From IMG/VR virus record IMGVR_UViG_3300031857_023573, positions 64,001 through 128,000 of that record: a stretch of DNA of 64,000 bases, one strand, 5' to 3'. The notes beneath the pieces were generated by a model, which saw nothing but the letters and a program-made list of their open reading frames with translations, had not been told where the DNA came from and made no database searches. Of the stretch, positions 1 through 10,423 are shown piece after piece. The stretch's first letter is position 1. Every line of letters starts with the position of its first letter. This DNA comes from a virus (Duplodnaviria > Caudoviricetes). The position numbers were made by a program, and so were the translations under genes.

Positions 1-657
1 CGTATCTTGGTCTCTTTTAATCTTTATTTCAACTGGTTGATAATATAATGAATCCTCAATAGGAGTTTGATTATCCATATCCCATATATAGAGAAAGACT
101 GCATCATCTTTGTAAGCTAAACCAGCAACTCCACCTTGTTTGATAATCCAAGGTGATGTGAAAGCTCCTCCATTCTGACTTACTGATACCTGCGTTGATT
201 TTCTAGGAAATGCATTTGTCTGAGGGCCTGTAATACTATTAAAACCAACATAAGCTCCTGGACCAGCATAACCACCCCAATCTATATCAAAACCAAGTGT
301 ATTTTCCAATACTTGCACCACAATATCACCAGATGAATCTAATATTGAACCATTCGTCCAATCCGCTGGAACTTCACCAGTAGCTGCAAATACACATCCA
401 CTAGTATTCATTGTCCCGGATATCAATTCAGCAATATTACTGAAATCATCACCCGAAGAATAGGTTCCTATTGTGTAAGTTTCTCCTATTATTAGTCCAC
501 CTAAAAAATAACCAATATCATTACCTGACGTGGGTGTAGTGTCGGTCAATAGAGCTCTATAAATACCATAATTAGTGGAAAAAGTTCCTGTAATTGTAAG
601 ACTTCCATCGATAGTCTGATTTTCTAAATTATTTATAATATATCTTGTAGTTGCCAT
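1..657 (-). CDS. Virion-associated hypothetical protein, partial (runs off window)
   Basis: ATG at 657 abuts the TAA of the upstream gene; frame MATTRYIINNLENQTIDGSL... is open to position 1; G/T/S-rich like its neighbours. Confidence 0.7.
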   Translation of the reverse strand, partial: MATTRYIINNLENQTIDGSLTITGTFSTNYGIYRALLTDTTPTSGNDIGYFLGGLIIGETYTIGTYSSGDDFSNIAELISGTMNTSGCVFAATGEVPADWTNGSILDSSGDIVVQVLENTLGFDIDWGGYAGPGAYVGFNSITGPQTNAFPRKSTQVSVSQNGGAFTSPWIIKQGGVAGLAYKDDAVFLYIWDMDNQTPIEDSLYYQPVEIKIKRDQDT

Positions 658-3600
658 TTATTCGGTTATATTTTTTATTGTTAAAACATCATTCTCATCA
701 TAGTATGATAGTCTTAAATTTCCATCACTTCTTCTAAAAATTGTACAATTGTAGTTACCGTAAACTGATGGTGTTCCTGACACAGTTTCTACTGTGATTT
801 CTATATCAAAACTATAGGTTCCGAATTGAGAAGCTGCAATTGTTAATACATCTGAAACCTGATATTGATTACCCGGTGTACTTATAGTAACACCTGTTAC
901 AACTGAACCTGAAACGGTCAAGTCAAAAGTAGCCCCTGTTCCACTTCCCCCAGATACTGTAAGTCCAACATAATTACCATCTGTGCCAGGTATAGAAGGT
1001 GATAATCCAGTATTATCAGATATTGTAAGTATGTTGTTATAATATTCTTTAAAATTATAATTATATAAATTTTGTGTCTTAACATCATTCATTTGAAAGT
1101 AATCACCTATTTCATTCTCCTCAAATACATCTGCGATATTATTATCGTAAAAATACTCACCGATAGTATTATATCGAAAATCATTACCAATCTTATTTCC
1201 TCTTGATAGGCCGCCTCCGAATCCAAAATCATTTTCAATATTGTTGTCATAAAAATCATTACCTATTAAATTATAGGAGAAATTGTTTGATATATTGTTA
1301 AGTGAGAAGCCATTACCAACTTTATTGTTTTGTGAGCCAGTTCCAATCACGTTGTCTGCACAATCCATACCAAAAACATTTTTAATAAACCCATTATAAA
1401 TTTCGTTAGTAGCAAAATTATCACCTATAATATTTTTATAGGTATCACCTACAACGAAATTTCCTTTAAAGTCATTAGAAATTTGATTTTTGATGAAGTC
1501 ATATTCTCCAATTAGTTCAGAACTTCCGATAGTATTGTTATTGAAGTCATTTCCTATCCTATTATTACTAAATACATTGTAAATACTGTTATCAACTACT
1601 CCACTACCGATGAAGTTATATTGAAAATAACTAAAAATTATATTATTGTTAAAATCCGATTCTATTTGATTATATCCAAAATTATCTTTAATCTGGTTTG
1701 ATTCAAATGAGTGTCCTATTCTATTATTATTAAAATTGTTACCAATTTTATTATCATTAAAATAATCACCTATATTGTTCTGATAGAAACTACCCATTAA
1801 ATTTTGTTGAAAATCTTTTCCAACATTATTTCCTTCGAATGAAGATATTCCAATGTTGTCTTGAAATCTCTTACCAATTTTGTTATTTGTGAAAGCTTGG
1901 AAAAATGTATTGTCTCTGAAACCCATTCCTATTTTCAGATTTCGTACACTAGATGTAAATATATTATTTTCAACATCACCATTTTGCCACCATCCACCAT
2001 CAGGACTTCCAACACCATCAATGTGAATATCATAAACGCCATCGCCATAAAGAGGGAATACTGGGAAGTCTTTATAATTACCAGTTGTAATTTGACTACC
2101 AAGTGCATGTACAGTATCTGTTAGGCCCAAGTAATTTGCACTAAGATTTAACCAATTGTAAGAACCACTTAAATCCATTTGCCATCTTCTGTATTTTATT
2201 CCTCTAAAATCAAAAGGTACTACAATATCATTTGATCTATCAGTTCTTTTAGTGACACATCCTGTTATTTCTTCTGTTGGATTAATAGTATACACATATA
2301 GACTAGAGGACTGATAAGATAAAAAGTCATTATAAGTCAAGTCAGGTAACATTACTCTAATTCCATCATCGCTGATTAGAATCTCATTTATAATAATTGT
2401 ATTGTATGAGTTATTGTATCTTGGTGCTGATCTTATAGGTGTAACTGGTTCGAAAACACAATCTATTTGACTGTTTCCTAATTCAGCATAGATTGAGAAA
2501 TAATGACCATATTGTACACTATAACCTGTCGGCACATCAAAATAAACCTGACTGTTATCAGCATCCCACATCAAGTCAAAACCAGTAACCTCTGACTCAT
2601 CAGGTAGAGTATTATTGTTAGTGATTTCTAAAGGAAATCCTAGATTATTACAATATGGTAGATACTCAAGTACGTCATTCGGATAAGTCTCAGATAAAAC
2701 TACTGGATCGAACTCATAAGATGAAATTGCACGAAGTAAAAGAACCTCGGAATTTTCAGACGTGTAGACTTCTCTAGCAACATAACCAGATGGTGTCTCT
2801 TGATTGTGTAATTTAATTATTTTACTTACCGGTTCATCTTGATAATTGACTATATCTCCAGCTACAATAACATAATCATTATCAAAAGCGTTTACATATT
2901 TTATCGCCTGAAAGAAACCATTATAAGTTGCAAAATCAGAGTCTATACTTCCATCACTACTCAGTTTAACAAAAGATTGATTTCTGACATTGTTGAGGTA
3001 TGAAAATTGTCCACCTACTGCAATTGTATTATCTGGTAGTTGTTTTACATCAAATACTGATCCGTCAAAACCAAATCCGTTTCCGGTGGAAGTGAGATTA
3101 TTATAAAAAGATTGGTCTTCTGTTCCATTAGAATTTAATCTAACCAACCTACGTCTTGTGGAAGAAGTTAGGCCTGTGAATTGACCACCGACTAGTATGC
3201 TATCATTGGATTGTATGAAAACCGAAATTAAAGGACCATTAAAACCAAGTCCGATATTATTAGTAAATTCCTCTTCTACGTACCCTGTTGACTCTAATTT
3301 AAGGATGTAATTTGCTGTGTTCCCATTATATGAGGTGAAACTACCTCCCAAAACTATAGTTCCGTCGTTGGAGTTATATCCAATAGAATTTAGACCACCA
3401 TTTAATCCTGAGTTATTTCCAGTATCTATAAAATTCGTATAGAAAGTTTCATCTTCAAGTCCATCAGAACCTAATCTGACAAGGTAGGTTCTAGACGACC
3501 CATTAAATTGATTGAAATAGCCACCAACTAAAATTTTACCATCATCTTGTAATTCGAGAGTTCTAATCTGGTCGTTAAACCCAGTTCCGTCTCCAGTCGA

Positions 3601-4770
3601 TGCAACTCCATCTTCATAGAACGCTGTGTCTTCAGTTCCATTTGAGTTCAATCTTACTATCCCATTTCTTGTATTTCCATTGAATGATGTGAAGTTACCA
3701 GCGACTATAATTTTACCACTAGGTTCTACAATAATACTGAATACAGTTCCACTAAATCCAGTACCTAGATTTGTATTAAATGTTGTGTCTGGACTACCAT
3801 CCGGATTCATTTTAAATAAATAACTCATGGTCATACCGCCAACTTGGTCGAATTCTCCACCAACTATCAGACCATTATCTGTTGCTAAATCAACTGTCCA
3901 AATGTTGCTGTTAAAAACAACATTATTATTTGACATAGTTGCACTAAATTCTTTGTATAATCTACCAGCTTTCACGTTTGCAGCTGATGTGTTATTAATA
4001 GCGTTACTATATCCATGTATAAAGTTTTTTGAAGTATAGTCGGTCAATCTGTAAATTGAATTTGCAACTAAGGATTGTGAAGTAATTGCAGATATTAACT
4101 CAGAGTATGTGATATCAGTAACACTAACTGTAAGTCCAGCTCCAGATTCACCATTAAATGCAGTCGATTGAGTTGTTCCGTCTGGAAATTCTAAATATCC
4201 GAGTTTATCAAATTTAAAATTCTTAGTTTCACTAAATCCGTCATAGAAATTGATGGATATAGATTGTTCTCCATAGTCATTACTAGCTGAAACTAGAATA
4301 TCACTTTTTCTACCAGCCCCGTCCTGTGCATAAATATTAACAAAACTATTATTGATACCATCTAGATTTAGTTGAACTTGAGCCTGTGTCGATTCATTCC
4401 CATCAACTTTTACTTTATATGTGTTACCACCATCAATTGTAGGAAAACTAGTCTCATAATAAGTCATTCCGGTCAGCTCTAAATACCCATTAGTATCTAT
4501 ATTAGTAAGTATTGTTGATACATCACCTGATATTAATCTATCTGAAGTACCACCTCCACCACCTGCAGGACCAGCTGGTCCTTGTGGACCTGGTGAACCT
4601 GCTGGTCCTTGTGGTCCCGGAGCTCCAGTTGCTCCACCACCAGCTTGAATAGTTTCACCATCTTCACCCTTTTCGCTGAAATTTGGCCCATCAAATCCGA
4701 TGTATTTAAAACCAGCTGGTGGATTGGGCAATGCATTAAAATCAGTTTCTTGAAATAATATTCTTCTCAT
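658..4770 (-). CDS. Large tail-fibre/receptor-binding-like protein: short collagen segment, delta-60-type beta-propeller repeats, Asn-rich beta-helix repeats
   Basis: GPQGPAGSPGPQGPAG; repeats of type GFNxxVxxxxxQxDGKILVGGxF; many NNxIGNxF repeats; C-terminal GGSGTGATFDLTV module. Confidence 0.75.
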   Translation of the reverse strand: MRRILFQETDFNALPNPPAGFKYIGFDGPNFSEKGEDGETIQAGGGATGAPGPQGPAGSPGPQGPAGPAGGGGGTSDRLISGDVSTILTNIDTNGYLELTGMTYYETSFPTIDGGNTYKVKVDGNESTQAQVQLNLDGINNSFVNIYAQDGAGRKSDILVSASNDYGEQSISINFYDGFSETKNFKFDKLGYLEFPDGTTQSTAFNGESGAGLTVSVTDITYSELISAITSQSLVANSIYRLTDYTSKNFIHGYSNAINNTSAANVKAGRLYKEFSATMSNNNVVFNSNIWTVDLATDNGLIVGGEFDQVGGMTMSYLFKMNPDGSPDTTFNTNLGTGFSGTVFSIIVEPSGKIIVAGNFTSFNGNTRNGIVRLNSNGTEDTAFYEDGVASTGDGTGFNDQIRTLELQDDGKILVGGYFNQFNGSSRTYLVRLGSDGLEDETFYTNFIDTGNNSGLNGGLNSIGYNSNDGTIVLGGSFTSYNGNTANYILKLESTGYVEEEFTNNIGLGFNGPLISVFIQSNDSILVGGQFTGLTSSTRRRLVRLNSNGTEDQSFYNNLTSTGNGFGFDGSVFDVKQLPDNTIAVGGQFSYLNNVRNQSFVKLSSDGSIDSDFATYNGFFQAIKYVNAFDNDYVIVAGDIVNYQDEPVSKIIKLHNQETPSGYVAREVYTSENSEVLLLRAISSYEFDPVVLSETYPNDVLEYLPYCNNLGFPLEITNNNTLPDESEVTGFDLMWDADNSQVYFDVPTGYSVQYGHYFSIYAELGNSQIDCVFEPVTPIRSAPRYNNSYNTIIINEILISDDGIRVMLPDLTYNDFLSYQSSSLYVYTINPTEEITGCVTKRTDRSNDIVVPFDFRGIKYRRWQMDLSGSYNWLNLSANYLGLTDTVHALGSQITTGNYKDFPVFPLYGDGVYDIHIDGVGSPDGGWWQNGDVENNIFTSSVRNLKIGMGFRDNTFFQAFTNNKIGKRFQDNIGISSFEGNNVGKDFQQNLMGSFYQNNIGDYFNDNKIGNNFNNNRIGHSFESNQIKDNFGYNQIESDFNNNIIFSYFQYNFIGSGVVDNSIYNVFSNNRIGNDFNNNTIGSSELIGEYDFIKNQISNDFKGNFVVGDTYKNIIGDNFATNEIYNGFIKNVFGMDCADNVIGTGSQNNKVGNGFSLNNISNNFSYNLIGNDFYDNNIENDFGFGGGLSRGNKIGNDFRYNTIGEYFYDNNIADVFEENEIGDYFQMNDVKTQNLYNYNFKEYYNNILTISDNTGLSPSIPGTDGNYVGLTVSGGSGTGATFDLTVSGSVVTGVTISTPGNQYQVSDVLTIAASQFGTYSFDIEITVETVSGTPSVYGNYNCTIFRRSDGNLRLSYYDENDVLTIKNITE

Positions 4771-4852
4771 ATTGTATCAGTTAATATTTTATTACCATAT
4801 ATATTAAATATGAAATGAATTAAAATAAAACTAACTTGGAAATAATTGAAGT

Positions 4853-6907
4853 TTATAGTGAGTAAGTAGACCTATTTGCTTCAAAATTTTGAGAAACATC
4901 CGCCGCACTGAGAGCGGATGAATATATTCTAACAATACCAATTTGTCCATTAAAATATTGTGAAAATTCTCCGTTATTATAAGAACCAATATAAAGATTA
5001 CTTGTTGTGTTTAATAAATTACCTATCGTAGAAGATACTGTTCCTATTGAACTTCCGTTTATATATGTTGTGAAAGTATCTCCAGTATTTGAGTAAACAT
5101 ATACAGCTTGATACCAAGTACTAGTAGTTATTGTATAACCTGTTGAATTAGAGTAGTGTGTGTTTAATGTTCCACCAAGTCCATTTCCAATTTGTGAATA
5201 TACTGAAGAAGATGAATTTATTCTTACTGAATATGACACATCAATTGCACCACCACCTGTATCGAACTTTCCAAGAATTACTTGAGATCCAGAAACATTA
5301 TCAACTTTGAACCAAACTTCCATCGTCCAGTTACCAGTTCCGGGCTCTAAAAGAGCATTATCTGATATTGATATTTGTGAACTAGTACCATTGAAGTCAA
5401 AGTATTTTTTGTTGAAGGTCACATTTGATAAAGTTCCACTTAACGAGTTTCCAGAGAGGTCACTAACTGTTGAGCCTGTTCCAGAATAAGATGTTAAAAG
5501 TGATGGATTGAAGTATAATTTTAAATTAGAGGTGATAAAATTTGTACCGTTGTATACGGGACTAAGTGCATCATAGTTTTGTTTAATTTGCTCTACTGTA
5601 AGTTTTGAGTTATATAACATCATATTTGCAACATATCCAAAAGGTTGAGAAACTCCAAGATTATTACCTAATCCATCGTGTAAATTTCCACCAGATCCGT
5701 AAGAAATTGAACTTCCAACTTGAGAACCGTTTATGTAAAATGCTTGAGATGAATTATCACCAACAACAGAATATTGAGTCCATACGTCAACAAATGGAGA
5801 CAGATCATATCCCGAACTTCTAAAGGCGCTATCCCAATATCCTAAGGTATTTGTACCATTTGGAATTGTAATTGGTGTATAACGTGGGGATTTAGTATAA
5901 AGTAAGGTTCTAAATGATGTGTTATCATTGATAGCTCTTGCCCAAATGACATATGTATATCCAGTCGTTGATAATGTAGGGCCAGTACCATCCACTGCTA
6001 TTTTTTTATCACCAGTAGTACAGTCAAAGCATTTTATTCCATAAATCACAGCCGATGTGGCACCTGTGGTCAGAGAGTGTGTGTAATTATTTCCACTGAT
6101 ATCAAAAACTGATCCACCACTAAAACTTTGTGGATCGTTCGCGTCCAACCAAATTAATAAATCATTTGTGTGTATATAATTTGATTTAGTTGAATTATAA
6201 TTATTTAAAACCTGTTGTTGTGAAAGCGCGGTGTTATAAACATGAAAAGCTCCGAATTTTGCTTTTGCATATGTACCGTCTCCTAAATTTGTGGTATCAG
6301 CGGCACCTATTGCGTAGAAAAGTCCAGCACCACTCCCATTGTTATATGGTGTTTGTCTGATTCCGGTTGTTGTTCCAGCGACCTGTCCATTTATGTATCC
6401 TTTCATAGTCAGTCCATCATATGTCAGACCAACATAATACCAATTATGTGAAGATATAGGAATTGAAGATATAAAGGTCAATCCTGGCCAAAGAAAGAAT
6501 TCTAAATCACCGTTGACAATTTCGATCTGTGAATCGTGCCAAACAGAACTCAGAGTTGATGTTCCTTGTTCTGTAATTAATACACCGTTATCCATAGGAT
6601 ATACCCATAAAAAATACGATATTATTGTAGAAGTGTTTGGTGGTGACAACTTTGAATTGAGTGAGGTACTAGTTATTATGTAATCATTTGTACCATCTAT
6701 ATTTAAATAACCGTTAGATGAATAAACTGGACCATTTATCAAAGTCGCGTTACTATTTTCAACTAAATCATCTATAGTAGTTAAACCATAGTAGGTATTA
6801 CTATTGTACATTTCATATCTTAAAATTAATCCAGGAAGCGTGAATCCCCTTATAGAGGTGAAGAGTTTAGATAATGGTCCTGAGAAACTTGAAAGTCTAT
6901 TTAGCAT
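4853..6907 (-). CDS. LamG/concanavalin-A-like multi-domain protein (about 3 domains), virion-associated
   Basis: Three units with LxLYxDA/NP..SYSG.G..DLSGN, WY..V....YING and IYxxALSxxxVxxNY motifs. Confidence 0.8.
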   Translation of the reverse strand: MLNRLSSFSGPLSKLFTSIRGFTLPGLILRYEMYNSNTYYGLTTIDDLVENSNATLINGPVYSSNGYLNIDGTNDYIITSTSLNSKLSPPNTSTIISYFLWVYPMDNGVLITEQGTSTLSSVWHDSQIEIVNGDLEFFLWPGLTFISSIPISSHNWYYVGLTYDGLTMKGYINGQVAGTTTGIRQTPYNNGSGAGLFYAIGAADTTNLGDGTYAKAKFGAFHVYNTALSQQQVLNNYNSTKSNYIHTNDLLIWLDANDPQSFSGGSVFDISGNNYTHSLTTGATSAVIYGIKCFDCTTGDKKIAVDGTGPTLSTTGYTYVIWARAINDNTSFRTLLYTKSPRYTPITIPNGTNTLGYWDSAFRSSGYDLSPFVDVWTQYSVVGDNSSQAFYINGSQVGSSISYGSGGNLHDGLGNNLGVSQPFGYVANMMLYNSKLTVEQIKQNYDALSPVYNGTNFITSNLKLYFNPSLLTSYSGTGSTVSDLSGNSLSGTLSNVTFNKKYFDFNGTSSQISISDNALLEPGTGNWTMEVWFKVDNVSGSQVILGKFDTGGGAIDVSYSVRINSSSSVYSQIGNGLGGTLNTHYSNSTGYTITTSTWYQAVYVYSNTGDTFTTYINGSSIGTVSSTIGNLLNTTSNLYIGSYNNGEFSQYFNGQIGIVRIYSSALSAADVSQNFEANRSTYSL

Positions 6908-6909
6908 AA

Positions 6910-9195
6910 TTAATCAAAAGCATTTATTTGTCCAAGAACTTGAGTCCAAGAACCACTACTTCTAATAAATGTAAATCCAACTATATCTATCCCGTTTGGT
7001 GTTCCAGAAGCGGTTCCACCTGACCACTTAATGGTCTCACTAGCGCCACCATTTATTGTAACGGAAGTTGGTATATATGCAGTTGATCCTTGATTTATAA
7101 CTAATGTCGTTGTAATTGCTCTATTATCAGTAGTTGGGACATTAATAAAATTTGCGGAGAAATTTGTATTCGTAGATGAGTGATACCAATTTGCACCTGT
7201 AGAAAAATCGTAAACAACTGTAGACGCAGTCGCATTAATAGATGTTTCTATTACTTCAGATACTTGTTGGAATATTGTATGACCTGTAAACACCGAATTT
7301 CCAGTTACTGAAAAAGTAGAACCATCAAATGTTAAATTAGATTCAGCGTTTGATCCAGTCGCGGTACCATCTGATGTGATGATTCTACCAAGTCCGTAAT
7401 TAGTGATACTAAGTTGAGGTCCTTGTGGACCAGTGACACCTATTTCACCATTTGGCCCAGTGGGTCCAATTTCACCTTGTGGTCCAGTAGGTCCAGTTTC
7501 GCCTTGTGGACCAGTTGCGCCTATTTCACCATTTGGTCCAGTAGGTCCAGTTTCGCCTTGTGGACCAGTTGCACCTATTTCACCATTTGGTCCAGTTTCG
7601 CCTTGTGGACCAGTTGCACCTATTTCACCATTTGGTCCAGTAGGTCCAGTTTCGCCTTGTGGACCAGTAGGTCCATCATTACCATTAGTACCATTCGTTC
7701 CAGTAGGTCCTGGCACACTTACAACATTATTTACCGCATTATCTACATATTCTTTATCTACAAGTGATCTGTTAACAAATCCAGACGAGTAATCTGTAAA
7801 ATATACAAGTCCTTGTGATGCTGATGCGTCACTTCCGATTGATATTAACGATGAATCACCTGTTAATGCTAAAACACCGCCAGCTGAGATTGTAATATCA
7901 TTACTGGCGATAACTTGTACGCCATCAGATGAGTCAAAACTTATAAAGTCTGAGACTGTATCAAAGACAGAAGATGTGAAAGAAATATAGTCGAAACCAA
8001 CTGCAATCAAATCATTATAGTTACCCTGGAAATTCAAACTACTTACTAGTGTTCCGCCTACACTTAATGTACCACCAATATTTTGAAGGCCATTGCCATA
8101 ATTACTTGGTGTTACTCCTGATCCAACATCTTGTGTTCTACCAGTAATGTTTATATACCAAGCACTGAAAGTCGCTATTTCATTATTACTGTCGGTCACT
8201 CCAAACCCTTCGGAGTAAGAAACGACTAATGATAATTCACCGGTTGCTCTATCATATGAGTCTACTAAACCTTCGAAGAAGATACTTGAAAGTTCTTCTA
8301 CATAGTCATCTTGATAGTAATTCTGAACAAGTGTATTATAAACTTGAGCGTATTCACCAGAAACAAATCCAAGTTTTCTCTGAGTGAACAGATTTGCAAT
8401 TGCTCCTGGTTCTGGTATCTGTAAAGGAGTGCTTGAGGTGCCGTGTAAATGTCCAGTAATTGGTGAACCGTTTTGTAAAATATCACCATCAATAGGTATT
8501 ATTAAATTACCATTATAGATAGTATAGACATATTCAATTGGTGATGCAGTTGCTGACCAGTCATATGTCTTAAAAGAAAGAGAGCTACTTTGTGTAGCTT
8601 CCATAGTGAAAGAAATCTGTGCTCTTTCAAATTCGGTGTTTTCAAACTCAGATGAAGTAGGTCCAAGTTCAATTGGACTAGTACCTGACCAAACTCTCAA
8701 AAGTGGATTAGAACCAGTCGCGGTAAAATTTGTAAATCTTAATGAGCTTCCACTATCTAAATACAAATGGTGACCATCCATCGACATATCACCTTGTGAT
8801 TCAAATCTACCAAGTTCATTTGGAATTAGTGGCTTCTCAGTCAAATCGTTATAAGATGTGACAGTTGAATATGAGAAACCTGCGAGTGATTGAGTTATAG
8901 TCTCTAAAACAAAGTTTTTTACTTCAGCATCAATAAAAAGTGGTGATCTTTCTTTTAAAATATCAACTTGAGTTTGTATTCTCGAAAGAGCTATTCTTGC
9001 TTCATTTGTTGTTGAAAAATCTAGATCAATTGTGTGAGATTTAGTGATAATCTTCACAAGATTATTAATAGCTCTTAATGATGTTATCGAATAAGCATTT
9101 ATAGTATGCTTAATTACACCAGTAGTATCTTTGATTTTTAATAAATTATCTGTATCTGATACCTGAACTAAAAAATTGTCTAGTTTATATGCCAT
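6910..9195 (-). CDS. Collagen-like tail fibre protein
   Basis: Long Gly-X-Y tract ([21 protein letters not shown]...); phage-fibre-like C-terminal domain. Confidence 0.8.
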   Translation of the reverse strand: MAYKLDNFLVQVSDTDNLLKIKDTTGVIKHTINAYSITSLRAINNLVKIITKSHTIDLDFSTTNEARIALSRIQTQVDILKERSPLFIDAEVKNFVLETITQSLAGFSYSTVTSYNDLTEKPLIPNELGRFESQGDMSMDGHHLYLDSGSSLRFTNFTATGSNPLLRVWSGTSPIELGPTSSEFENTEFERAQISFTMEATQSSSLSFKTYDWSATASPIEYVYTIYNGNLIIPIDGDILQNGSPITGHLHGTSSTPLQIPEPGAIANLFTQRKLGFVSGEYAQVYNTLVQNYYQDDYVEELSSIFFEGLVDSYDRATGELSLVVSYSEGFGVTDSNNEIATFSAWYINITGRTQDVGSGVTPSNYGNGLQNIGGTLSVGGTLVSSLNFQGNYNDLIAVGFDYISFTSSVFDTVSDFISFDSSDGVQVIASNDITISAGGVLALTGDSSLISIGSDASASQGLVYFTDYSSGFVNRSLVDKEYVDNAVNNVVSVPGPTGTNGTNGNDGPTGPQGETGPTGPNGEIGATGPQGETGPNGEIGATGPQGETGPTGPNGEIGATGPQGETGPTGPQGEIGPTGPNGEIGVTGPQGPQLSITNYGLGRIITSDGTATGSNAESNLTFDGSTFSVTGNSVFTGHTIFQQVSEVIETSINATASTVVYDFSTGANWYHSSTNTNFSANFINVPTTDNRAITTTLVINQGSTAYIPTSVTINGGASETIKWSGGTASGTPNGIDIVGFTFIRSSGSWTQVLGQINAFD
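7411..7700 (-). repeat. Near-identical 45/54-nt tandem repeats encoding the collagen tract
   Basis: Unit ggtccagtaggtccagtttcgccttgtggaccagttgcacctatttcaccattt and a 9-nt shorter variant recur on the + strand. Confidence 0.85.
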
Positions 9196-9210
9196 TATTT
9201 AAAGTAATTT

Positions 9211-10371
9211 TTAAGCTGTTATATTTAAATTTATAATTACTCCATCTAAGTAATTTTGAGCAATATCTGAAAAATCAAATGACATTGAATGTGTTCCAAT
9301 ACCAGTAATCGATGAGACTAAATTACTTTCAGTTCCTGTCAAGATTATATTGGATGCAGTTATTGCCATAATACCATCTCTGTTATCAACAATTTGATCA
9401 ATTAAAAGATCAATCAAATTAGACTTACTAATCACACTAGATACACCGTAAGTAGAGAGTGATATTGAAGTCGAGAAAGTGTATCCTGTAACACTGTAAG
9501 AACTTCCACCTGCATAGGTAGGAACGTCAACAGATATATCAGACAAAATCAAATCACCAGTTCCTCCAACAAATTCATTGAAGTGCATAACTGGGTCTAT
9601 ACTATCCGAAAGTGGATCAATATCGCCAATATTTATTTGAGGGTTAGAAAGTACATAAGTAAGAAGTGATTGAGCTTGTACAGCATCCTGTTCTGTAACA
9701 AATGATAAAAGTAATGTACCAAGTGTATCATCATCAATAGTCAAAATTGAGGCAGTTCTTGTAACTGAATTTATAGTTGATAAGTTAATATAGACAAGTG
9801 GTCTTGCGTTTACATCAACAATTACTATTGATTCTCCAACAATATAAGTTTGAATGTCTGTATATTGAAGATCTGTAAATGAGGTTCCACTTTGATTAAG
9901 TGTATCATTAAAGAATGAATAAGTATCATCAATTACCGCAACCATTACATCTAAAACAACTGCATATTTTGAATTAGGATTAGTTAAATAAAGTTGTTTA
10001 ATTCTATTCGATGAGTTACCAGTTAATACAATTAACTGATTAAATGAATGTCTCGAAGCCAAGTCGTCATAATAATAGTAATCTATATAATTATCTTCTT
10101 CATTTACTGATTTAGTATTATAAGTAGCTTTGATTGCTAAAAAAGTCGCATTATCACCTAATCCAAGATGATTAAGTAGAAAGTTAGCTTGACCGGCTTT
10201 TAGGATTACTCTACTTTTAAGTAATTGTTTGTATGGTATTCTGATATCACCACCTAAAAGTCTTTCAACTGTGTTAACTCCCTCGATTGCAACGAAATCA
10301 GACCCTTGTAATTTGATATATTGACTTGTAGCGCCAAATATTGAAGTATTTCCAGGACATCCTATACACAT
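9211..10371 (-). CDS. Hypothetical virion protein
   Basis: 386-aa ORF in the structural operon, preceded by AATATATA. Confidence 0.6.
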   Translation of the reverse strand: MCIGCPGNTSIFGATSQYIKLQGSDFVAIEGVNTVERLLGGDIRIPYKQLLKSRVILKAGQANFLLNHLGLGDNATFLAIKATYNTKSVNEEDNYIDYYYYDDLASRHSFNQLIVLTGNSSNRIKQLYLTNPNSKYAVVLDVMVAVIDDTYSFFNDTLNQSGTSFTDLQYTDIQTYIVGESIVIVDVNARPLVYINLSTINSVTRTASILTIDDDTLGTLLLSFVTEQDAVQAQSLLTYVLSNPQINIGDIDPLSDSIDPVMHFNEFVGGTGDLILSDISVDVPTYAGGSSYSVTGYTFSTSISLSTYGVSSVISKSNLIDLLIDQIVDNRDGIMAITASNIILTGTESNLVSSITGIGTHSMSFDFSDIAQNYLDGVIINLNITA

Positions 10372-10423
10372 GTGCAGAGTTTAAATTTAACTTATATATT
10401 AAATAGAAAAACTTTAAACTCAA

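Noticed and set aside
7414-7792. Plus-strand ORFs 7414-7767 and 7433-7792
   Set aside because: Antisense shadows of the collagen repeat
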